Virus record (IMG/VR): IMGVR_UViG_3300021964_000039
Location: 1 to 64,000 of that record
Origin: a virus
DNA length: 64,000 nt
Direction: 5' to 3' (one strand)
Part shown: positions 56,792 through 64,000 of the stretch, piece by piece
Layout: the number at the start of each line of letters is the position of its first letter
How positions within the stretch are numbered: the stretch's first letter is position 1
Program-made: the position numbers and the translations under genes
Notes under the pieces: model-generated
Told to the model about the DNA's origin: nothing
The model's database searches: none
The model's input: only the letters and a program-made list of their open reading frames with translations

Positions 56792-57477
56792 TTGATACTT
56801 ACATAATTAGAATGAAAGGTAATGCCATATCAGAAGATCTTGCTAGTGAATTAGTAGCATCATTAGAAGCAAATGATATTACACACAATTTTTTCGATGC
56901 AATTCACGGTGATCAAATTGAAGATTGTTGGCAAAGGCAAGGTTTAAAGTTTTTTCATAAACTAAAGCCTTCCCGTAAACTACCTGGAATTAAAGGTTGC
57001 TTCTTAAGTCATTATATGTTATGGCTCAAGTCATTTAATGAAAATAAACCTTTGTTAATATTTGAACACGATGCAATCGTAGTCAAACCTATCTCAGAAA
57101 AAATAATAGATTTACCTTACGATGTGTTAAATTTAGACTTTGCTAGTAGGGTAGTAGAAAACTATCATGATTATGTTAAGCAAGATTTTGGCACATCAAT
57201 ACACAAATGGGTGCCACAACCAACGACAAAAGGGCTATCGTCTAAACTAAACAAAGCAAGTATTAAAGGTTTACATGCTTATATTATTAAACCGCAAGGT
57301 GCAAAACGTTTGACAGATTATATAAGACGTACTGGAGTTTTGCCAGCAGATATTGCTGTTAATTCTATAGCTTGTGACTTGCGATATACAAAAACTTGTT
57401 ATGCAATGGTAAATCCTAAATACTGGATAGATGCAAAAAACGGATCAAAGCATTCCTTTACAAGAGCTAAACCATGA
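56788..57477 (+). CDS. Glycosyltransferase family 25-like
   Basis: FFDAIHG, GCFLSHY.LW, LIFEHDA, HAYII.P.GAK.L, PAD. Confidence 0.8.
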   Translation: MIDTYIIRMKGNAISEDLASELVASLEANDITHNFFDAIHGDQIEDCWQRQGLKFFHKLKPSRKLPGIKGCFLSHYMLWLKSFNENKPLLIFEHDAIVVKPISEKIIDLPYDVLNLDFASRVVENYHDYVKQDFGTSIHKWVPQPTTKGLSSKLNKASIKGLHAYIIKPQGAKRLTDYIRRTGVLPADIAVNSIACDLRYTKTCYAMVNPKYWIDAKNGSKHSFTRAKP

Positions 57478-58109
57478 ATATTGCTTGTGTATTAAAAGTA
57501 CAAAAGAGTAAGAATGCTATCTATACTACTGAATGGGTTGATAAACTTTACAGAGGTGTGAAACGTAATTTAGATACAAAGTTTAATTTCTATTGCTTAA
57601 CAAATGTAGAAACCAAATATGATGATATTCCATTAACTTCCGAAAGCGACGGATTTTGGAATAAAATAGAATTATTCAAAAAAGATTTATTTCAAGGACC
57701 GACTTTATATTTAGATTTAGATGTAGTTATTTGTAATAATATAACAAATCTTGTATACAATATGCGCCGTCATAAGTTCTTAATGACAAAAGAACCTTAT
57801 AAACAAATTAGTAATAGTAGTATTATGTTTTGGATAGGAGACTACAGCTACCTTTATAATAATTATATTGCTGACCAAAAAAATATTTGTGCAGAATATT
57901 CAAGAGTACCTAGGTATGGTGATCAGGCATACATTGCAGAAAATGTAAATCATAATTTTGTTGAAGAAATTGATCCAACTGCAATTAATTGGAAACATCA
58001 TGAAGTGAAAACAGAAATTAATAATCCTAAGTTTTTGATTTTCACAAGTAAACACCAAAAGCCTAGCAATAACAAAGACTTAAAAATAGTGAGAAAGAAC
58101 TGGATATGA
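57474..58109 (+). CDS. GT-A fold glycosyltransferase
   Basis: FYCLT, W.KI.LF, LYLDLDVVI (DxD), NSS.M.W, GDQ.YI. Confidence 0.75.
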   Translation: MNIACVLKVQKSKNAIYTTEWVDKLYRGVKRNLDTKFNFYCLTNVETKYDDIPLTSESDGFWNKIELFKKDLFQGPTLYLDLDVVICNNITNLVYNMRRHKFLMTKEPYKQISNSSIMFWIGDYSYLYNNYIADQKNICAEYSRVPRYGDQAYIAENVNHNFVEEIDPTAINWKHHEVKTEINNPKFLIFTSKHQKPSNNKDLKIVRKNWI

Positions 58110-58645
58110 AAGCACGAGAAAGAGTTATTCAACATATACCTAAAGGAGCAATTGGTGTAGAGATAGGAGTGCATCTAGGAGATTATTCGCAAAGAATACT
58201 AGATATATCTAAACCTAAATTATTATATCTTGTTGACCCATGGACGGTATTTCATAACGACGAACACGCCGACTCGTGGTACGGTGTGAATAATGTTAAT
58301 CAAAAAATTATGGACGAACGCTATGAATTAGTTCTAAATAGATTTGCAGATAATGATGCTGTAAAAGTAATTAGAGCAAAATCTACTGATGCTGCTGATA
58401 CTTTCGAAGACTTTAGTTTAGATTATATTTACTTAGATGGCGATCATTCTTACGAGGGCGTATGTGCTGACTTTGACGCTTATTTTCCTAAATTAAAGCG
58501 TAAAGGATTTATATACGGAGATGATTATATTGCAAATAATTGGTGGGGTGCAGGTGTGATTGATGCAGTGCATAAAAATCTCCACGAAAAAGATCTGCAA
58601 GTTGTGTTTATAACTGAATCACAATTTTGTATTCAAAAGTTGTAA
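58106..58645 (+). CDS. Class I SAM-dependent methyltransferase
   Basis: GVEIGV..G, LVDPW, DYIYLDGDHSYEG, G.I.GDDY. Confidence 0.85.
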   Translation: MKARERVIQHIPKGAIGVEIGVHLGDYSQRILDISKPKLLYLVDPWTVFHNDEHADSWYGVNNVNQKIMDERYELVLNRFADNDAVKVIRAKSTDAADTFEDFSLDYIYLDGDHSYEGVCADFDAYFPKLKRKGFIYGDDYIANNWWGAGVIDAVHKNLHEKDLQVVFITESQFCIQKL

Positions 58646-59301
58646 TTAAATATATTCAAATCTCTACCGTACAGGCGTTCAACTATACGTCTACTATGTT
58701 TTGTATAAACATTTCTATAGTTCGGTAGAGATACATTGCTAATATTTCTTATTGGCATTGCTACTTTACTTCCGGTGATTTGCTTTATTTTTTCAAATTC
58801 TGTTGCTAAGTTTTCTAATTTAATAATATTATCTACTACTATCTTACCATCTATTGTAACATAATCACACATATTAGCCCACGAAGCTAAGTCTCCTTCG
58901 CCGCCCGGATAAAAAATTTTCATGTTACCGTCAAATATTGTCCATGGTTTATGCAAATAATTTTCAACCCATGCGTCAAATCCTTTATGCCAAACTGCAA
59001 GTTCATCTTTGACTTGGCCATTCTTATCTGCTAACTTGTTTATATGAATTTCTAAAATTTGTTTTCTGTATTTGTAAAAACTTAAAGCTCTGTCAAAAGG
59101 ATTTCGTATTATTGTAAAGCTAGGCATGTTAGTATTAACAGTAATTAGGTCCGAATGTGTAATCGGAGCATGTATTCTTTCATTTAATTTGCCGTAAGTT
59201 TGTTTATACCAACGTCTAATACTTGTACCTGCAGCTTTAGGTATGTGAACAAACAAAATTGGGTTGCAATTATTTTTGTTTGTTTTTGGCCAGTAGCTCA
59301 T
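58633..59301 (-). CDS. Sulfotransferase (family 2)
   Basis: FVHIPKAAGTSI, IRNPFDRALSFY, Y..DL..FNY.F. Start at the ATGA overlap with the upstream gene. Confidence 0.85.
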   Translation of the reverse strand: MSYWPKTNKNNCNPILFVHIPKAAGTSIRRWYKQTYGKLNERIHAPITHSDLITVNTNMPSFTIIRNPFDRALSFYKYRKQILEIHINKLADKNGQVKDELAVWHKGFDAWVENYLHKPWTIFDGNMKIFYPGGEGDLASWANMCDYVTIDGKIVVDNIIKLENLATEFEKIKQITGSKVAMPIRNISNVSLPNYRNVYTKHSRRIVERLYGRDLNIFNYNF

Positions 59302-59927
59302 TTTTCGTATTCCCATTTTGAAGGATCATACAATGGATTTTTCCAAAATAATGATTCTAATTCTTCATCCCAAACAAATGTATCTAATTCATTTGTAATT
59401 TTGTATCTACATAAATTTAAATCCCATCCTACATTTCCATAAGGAAGTTTGTCTTTAGGAGGACTTAATTCAAACAATTCAATGTGGTAATTATTTTTTT
59501 CGGCTAATTTAGAAAAGAATTGCGGGTAAGGATGCCAACAACTTCCGGCCGCAGCATGATCTAATCTTTTTTCTGCTTGAGGAACCCAATGCACTATATA
59601 AGTTCCAACTTTACAAAGCTCATGCACACATTTCCAAAATGTTCTCTGTACAGTTACGTGTTCACTAGTTCCAATATTTGTAATAAAATCAAATGTATTG
59701 TGTCCTGACAATGATTTAATTTGATAAGCTGCATTATCTAATCTTAGATCAATTGGTATAGCACCATCTTCTGCATTGATATCAACACTAGTATACGACT
59801 TAGCACCGTTTGTTAGATATTCATCTCGATAGCATCCTGCTTTTGATCTCTTATTTCCAAATTCTAATATGTCAAAATTTTCGTAGTCGGGATATAACCG
59901 CGAAGTATATTTAGGTATTGTTTCCAT
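59298..59927 (-). CDS. SAM-dependent methyltransferase-like protein
   Basis: ILEFG, YTSVDIN, FDFITNIGTSEHV. Confidence 0.7.
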   Translation of the reverse strand: METIPKYTSRLYPDYENFDILEFGNKRSKAGCYRDEYLTNGAKSYTSVDINAEDGAIPIDLRLDNAAYQIKSLSGHNTFDFITNIGTSEHVTVQRTFWKCVHELCKVGTYIVHWVPQAEKRLDHAAAGSCWHPYPQFFSKLAEKNNYHIELFELSPPKDKLPYGNVGWDLNLCRYKITNELDTFVWDEELESLFWKNPLYDPSKWEYEK

Positions 59928-59944
59928 TATTTTCCTTCCGCAAA

Positions 59945-59958
59945 TATTTAGTTAAATA
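59945..59958. promoter_or_regulatory. Back-to-back late promoters TATTTA-gt-TAAATA between divergent methyltransferase genes
   Basis: Inverted TAAATA pair in a 51-bp divergent intergenic region. Confidence 0.6.
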
Positions 59959-59978
59959 CACATATAAAGGACATACCA

Positions 59979-60557
59979 ATGGAAATACAAAAGAAAAAAT
60001 ATAAATGGCTTAATAGTTGGAACTTACCGTGGCACACTAGTGATAGAAAAGAACGGTTTGAAATATTAGATAACTATTTAGAAAGTCCTCCTAGATCAAT
60101 ACTTGATATAGGTTGTGGACTTGCAAGAGAGTCAGAATATTTCCAAAAAAAATATGGTACTGAGTTGTATTTGCTAGATGGTGATTTTGATCAAACAAAA
60201 GAAAAGCCCAGAGATAATCAATGGGGCAGTGCAGAATCATTTAGATTCTATAGTCCAGTGCAAGAATTATTAGATTCATATGATAGCAGGAATATAGATT
60301 ATACATTTGTAGATGCGTTGAATCCTGTTATCCATCCTGATAAGAAGTTTGATGTAATTTATAGTTTACTAAGTTGTGGGTTTCATTATCCAGCATCTAC
60401 ATATAAAGGTTTAATACAAATGCATTCTAATAATGAAACAAAAATAATAATAGATTGTAGGTTTGATACATTAGAATCTCAAAAACAAGACTTTGAAATA
60501 ATAAAAATTATAAAAGAATATGACCATTACTATAAATTAGAAATAAAATTTAAGTAG
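59979..60557 (+). CDS. Class I SAM-dependent methyltransferase
   Basis: ILDIGCGLA, FDVIYSLLSCGFHYP. Confidence 0.8.
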   Translation: MEIQKKKYKWLNSWNLPWHTSDRKERFEILDNYLESPPRSILDIGCGLARESEYFQKKYGTELYLLDGDFDQTKEKPRDNQWGSAESFRFYSPVQELLDSYDSRNIDYTFVDALNPVIHPDKKFDVIYSLLSCGFHYPASTYKGLIQMHSNNETKIIIDCRFDTLESQKQDFEIIKIIKEYDHYYKLEIKFK

Positions 60558-60572
60558 AATAATATACGCACA

Positions 60573-60578
60573 TAAATA
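60573..60578 (+). promoter_or_regulatory. Late promoter TAAATA, 5 nt before the ATG
   Basis: TAAATA-TTGGT-ATG. Confidence 0.6.
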
Positions 60579-60583
60579 TTGGT

Positions 60584-61354
60584 ATGAAACAGATTGTATT
60601 AGTCACAGGCGGTTTTGATCCTCTTCATTCAGGGCACATTGAATATTTCAAAGCTGCAAAAGAACTTGGAGACGAATTACATGTTGGATTAAATAGCGAC
60701 GAATGGCTTATTAATAAAAAAGGTAAACCATTTATGCCATTTAAAGAACGACTTACTGTAATTGAGAATTTAAGTGTAGTAGATAGAGTCATCTCATTTG
60801 ACGACAGTGATGGTAGTGCTTGTGGTGCAATATATAAGACAATAGCAACTCACGGAGATATAAAAGTCATATTTGCTAATGGTGGCGACAGAACTAACAC
60901 TACTACACCTGAATATAAAACCTACGGCGATATATCTAACGTAGAATTTGTATTTGGTGTGGGAGGCGAAGATAAGAAAAACTCAAGCAGTTGGATCCTT
61001 AAAGAATGGAGTCAGCCTACCACCGAGCGTGCCTGGGGAAGATACACTGTGCTAGACAAAGGCGATGGTTGGCAAGTAAAACAACTTGCGTTCGATGCAG
61101 GTAAAGAATTAAGTGATCAAAGACACAAAAAACGGTCAGAACACTGGCATGTTGTCGAAGGCGAAATCAAAATGGAACTAGAAGAATATAACGACTGGGT
61201 AAAAGTTACTAAAATTCTTAGATCCGGTGATAGTATAGATATTCCAATACGCTCTTGGCACAAAGCAACTAATATAGGAGATAAACCGGCCAAAGTTATC
61301 GAAGTTTGGCTCGGTAACGAATTATCAGAAGACGATATAGAAAGAAGAGACTAA
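60584..61354 (+). CDS. Cytidylyltransferase-like nucleotidyltransferase fused to a mannose-6-P-isomerase-type cupin
   Basis: TGGFDPLHSGH, GLNSDEWL..KKG, FANGGDR, NSSS; then RAWGRY, LS.QRH..RSEHW, WH, IEV..G..LSEDDIER. Confidence 0.85.
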   Translation: MKQIVLVTGGFDPLHSGHIEYFKAAKELGDELHVGLNSDEWLINKKGKPFMPFKERLTVIENLSVVDRVISFDDSDGSACGAIYKTIATHGDIKVIFANGGDRTNTTTPEYKTYGDISNVEFVFGVGGEDKKNSSSWILKEWSQPTTERAWGRYTVLDKGDGWQVKQLAFDAGKELSDQRHKKRSEHWHVVEGEIKMELEEYNDWVKVTKILRSGDSIDIPIRSWHKATNIGDKPAKVIEVWLGNELSEDDIERRD

Positions 61355-62028
61355 TGAAAGTATTTGTAGGATATGATACAAGAGAAGATATCGCATATCA
61401 AGTTTGTAAACATAGTATATTAAGATACCAACCTGAGGCTGAAGTTTATCCTTTAAAACAACAAGAATTAAGAGATGCCGGTTGGTATACTAGACCTATT
61501 GATAAACTTGCAAGCACAGAATTTACCTTCACACGATTTTTGGTCCCTGAATTATCTCAATTTAACGGCTGGGCAGTCTTTATGGATTGTGATATGATAT
61601 TAACAACAGACATCCAAGAACTATTTGACCAAGCAGACGATCAATATGCAGTCATGTGTGTCAAACATGATTATAAGGTTAAAGAAGGTACAAAGATGGA
61701 TGGTCAAAAACAAACTGTTTATCCGCGCAAAAATTGGTCAAGTATGGTGCTATTTAATTGCGGACATCCTTCAAATGCAGTATTGACACAGCAACTTGTT
61801 AATGATCCTGAAGTTAATGGTGCCTACTTACACAGATTTAGTTGGTTGAATGATGAAGAAATTGGCGAACTAGATCATACTTGGAACTACTTAGTGGGTG
61901 TGTATAACGACATAGAGTCACCAAAGCTCATACACTATACAGAAGGCGGTCCATGGTTTGAAAATTACAGATACTGTGAATTTCATAATTTATGGAAGCA
62001 ACAACTACAGGAAATGATGAATGACTAA
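61354..62028 (+). CDS. GT-A (GT8-like) glycosyltransferase
   Basis: FVGYD.RE, STEFTFTRFLVP, FMDCDM, YPRKNWSS, LHRFSW, HYTEGGPW. Confidence 0.8.
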   Translation: MKVFVGYDTREDIAYQVCKHSILRYQPEAEVYPLKQQELRDAGWYTRPIDKLASTEFTFTRFLVPELSQFNGWAVFMDCDMILTTDIQELFDQADDQYAVMCVKHDYKVKEGTKMDGQKQTVYPRKNWSSMVLFNCGHPSNAVLTQQLVNDPEVNGAYLHRFSWLNDEEIGELDHTWNYLVGVYNDIESPKLIHYTEGGPWFENYRYCEFHNLWKQQLQEMMND

Positions 62029-62827
62029 AAAACAAATGTTATTTGTTGACAGAGAAGATGCAATAGTAAAGTGTCTTGCTGAGTCAACCACAGCAAACTT
62101 TATCGATGCTAATGAGAGAGACAAATATCCAGACATACCTTTTGGTATACGTAGTATGACTAAGCGTAAATTAATACGTGCTTTGTGGAAAGAAAAAAGA
62201 GATTTCTACTACATTGACACAGGCTATTTAGGAAATTTAGGTAAGAGGAAAGATTATCATAGACTTGTAAAAAACAATGTTCAACATGTGGATACAGTGT
62301 TAGACGTTCCAGCAGACAGGTACGAAGCATTATGTGAAAGATATCCTTATGTAAGATATGTAGGCAGAAGAAACTTAAATGGCGGACCTATCCTACTAGT
62401 TACACCTAGTGATAAACCTACAAAATTCTATAACATAGATCGTAAACAATGGGTAGAGTCAACTGTCAACGAAATAAGAAAATATACAGATAGACAAATT
62501 ATCGTTAGGGATAAACCATTACGCAGAGATAGAGTACAAGATGGTAGTATCATACAACAATTTAAAAAAGATAATATACATTCGTTAGTAACTTATAATA
62601 GTATTGCTGCTGTAGAAGCTGTACATTTTGGAATACCTGCTTTTTGTTTAGCACCTAATGCAGCATCGCATGTGTGTTCTACAAATTTAAGTGAAATTGA
62701 AAATCCTAAATATCCTGCAGATATCGAAGTTATACGCTTGTTACGGTATCTTTGTTATTGTCAGTACACTCCAGCAGAACTGGCAAATGGGTACGCTCTA
62801 AGAATTCAAAAGGAACTTGGCCTATGA
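62021..62827 (+). CDS. Putative capsule-synthesis-like (GT-B) glycosyltransferase
   Basis: YYIDTGY, IIVRDKP, LVTYNSIAAVEA...GIP. Confidence 0.5.
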   Translation: MTKKQMLFVDREDAIVKCLAESTTANFIDANERDKYPDIPFGIRSMTKRKLIRALWKEKRDFYYIDTGYLGNLGKRKDYHRLVKNNVQHVDTVLDVPADRYEALCERYPYVRYVGRRNLNGGPILLVTPSDKPTKFYNIDRKQWVESTVNEIRKYTDRQIIVRDKPLRRDRVQDGSIIQQFKKDNIHSLVTYNSIAAVEAVHFGIPAFCLAPNAASHVCSTNLSEIENPKYPADIEVIRLLRYLCYCQYTPAELANGYALRIQKELGL

Positions 62828-63762
62828 CTCAAATGACAGTTTATTCTTATTTAAAATGTATACCGCCTGGGAATAAAAATCAAGAAAAGCCAGCTATACT
62901 AAAGAACTTTATAAAAGGAGTGAAAGCAGTTGGAGACATAGGGCAAATATACGATGATTACAATTGGCGCAAATCAGACGTAGCTATCATACAAGGTTTT
63001 GTTCATGAAAAAAGTAAAAACGTACCTCACTTGCAACTACGTAAATCAATTTTGGATCTACAAAAACAAAATGATGGTAGAACAATAATTGCTGATGCAA
63101 ATTTATTTTTGTATGCAGATCAAGGTAATTCAAAAACTTATCTACGTTATAGCTATGATGGCATCTTTCCTAATACAGGAGAATATTGTGATGATAACCC
63201 TAATCCAGATCGCTGGGACAAAATTAGCACAGATTTAGGAATACATTTGAAGCCTTGGAAGACAGGAGGAAAGTATGTTTTGATTTGTTGTCAACGTGAC
63301 GGCGGCTGGAGTATGCAAGGAAATAGGGTAGTTCCGTGGGTTAACAGTATTATTAGAGCAATCAAGGATTATACAAATAAACCTATTAAAATTAGATTTC
63401 ATCCTGGCGATAAGAAAAAAGACCAGCATATGAGATACATATGGAGACTACATAGAAATAAAGTAAAGTTTTCACAGCCTAGCAGCACATTATTAGATGA
63501 TTTACAAGATGCTCATTGTGTGATCAATCATAACAGTAGTCCTGGAGTTGTAGCAGCCATAGAAGGCGTACCAGTATTCTTGTTAGATCCTAACCGTAGT
63601 CAAGCAAAAGACGTTGCTAATCAAGATCTACGTAACATCGAAAATATCCAAAACTTTGATAGAGAATTATGGATACAGCGTGTAGCACAAAGTCACTGGA
63701 CATTAGACGAGCTGAGTAACGGACAGGCATGGGAACATATGAAAAAATATGCAAGGAAATAA
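62824..63762 (+). CDS. Putative capsule-synthesis-like (GT-B) glycosyltransferase, related to the upstream gene
   Basis: IKIRFHP, VINHNSSPGV.AAIEGVP. ATGA overlap start (track start 62752). Confidence 0.5.
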   Translation: MTQMTVYSYLKCIPPGNKNQEKPAILKNFIKGVKAVGDIGQIYDDYNWRKSDVAIIQGFVHEKSKNVPHLQLRKSILDLQKQNDGRTIIADANLFLYADQGNSKTYLRYSYDGIFPNTGEYCDDNPNPDRWDKISTDLGIHLKPWKTGGKYVLICCQRDGGWSMQGNRVVPWVNSIIRAIKDYTNKPIKIRFHPGDKKKDQHMRYIWRLHRNKVKFSQPSSTLLDDLQDAHCVINHNSSPGVVAAIEGVPVFLLDPNRSQAKDVANQDLRNIENIQNFDRELWIQRVAQSHWTLDELSNGQAWEHMKKYARK

Positions 63763-63763
63763 A

Positions 63764-64000
63764 ATGGATATTACTTTAGTTACTACATTCCACCAAGAAG
63801 GGTTGGATCTTTACGGTCAAAGATTTATAGATAGTTTTGCAAAAAATATAGACAAACAAATTAAGCTGCTAGTATATGCAGAAAATTGTAGTCCTGTAAA
63901 TCCAGATCCAGATCAAATTAAAATATTCGATCAATTTGAAGCATTACCTAAATTAAATGCCTTCAAATCACAGTGGGGAGATGTACCAAAAGCCAACGGG
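63764..64000 (+). CDS. Putative nucleotide-sugar transferase, 3'-truncated by the window edge
   Basis: MDITLVTTFHQEGLDLYGQRFIDSF... open to the end of the window, inside the glyco-cluster. Confidence 0.45.
   Translation, partial: MDITLVTTFHQEGLDLYGQRFIDSFAKNIDKQIKLLVYAENCSPVNPDPDQIKIFDQFEALPKLNAFKSQWGDVPKANG

Noticed and set aside
333-63429. Many short ORFs antisense or out of frame within long genes (e.g. 333..965, 8365..8592, 26487..26960, 36475..36807, 42007..42399, 52557..52964)
   Set aside because: They are fully nested in well-supported CDSs, lack SD or promoter context, and have the composition expected of shadow frames
1-64000. tRNA, rRNA, CRISPR arrays, alternative genetic code
   Set aside because: Intergenic gaps are almost all under about 140 bp with no cloverleaf or spaced direct repeats visible; core genes are full length under the standard code

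Overview
AT-rich, gene-dense 64 kb segment of a large T4-like myovirus of the kind common in aquatic metagenomes. I saw no rRNA, tRNA, CRISPR array or IS element. Layout: (1) 1-11.2 kb, giant virion/tail-appendage proteins, three tandem Cys/Gly-rich paralogs and a tail-fibre chaperone. (2) 11.3-23.3 kb, an enzyme cluster that resembles a secondary-metabolite pathway: GT9-like glycosyltransferase, NodU/TobZ carbamoyltransferase, 2OG-Fe(II) oxygenases, a PLP enzyme, a StrB1-like amidinotransferase, two radical SAM enzymes, an SGNH-like protein and GmhB. (3) 23.3-32.9 kb, a duplicated baseplate-fibre module and a 1939-aa structural protein. (4) An hldE-hldD-cupin ADP-heptose operon. (5) The T4-like core: gp15/14/13, dNMP kinase, sheath, tube, gp4, terminase, gp32, UvsX, UvsY. 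(6) A second glyco-modification cluster (GTs, methyltransferases, sulfotransferase, cytidylyltransferase-cupin). Most interesting: the aminocyclitol/heptose-like tailoring pathway embedded among virion genes; a phycobiliprotein-like C-x-R-D module repeated in two giant virion proteins; the Cys-rich adhesin-like triplet; and TAAATA late promoters that often yield leaderless or bidirectional transcripts. All family calls come from motif recognition by eye, not from database searches.
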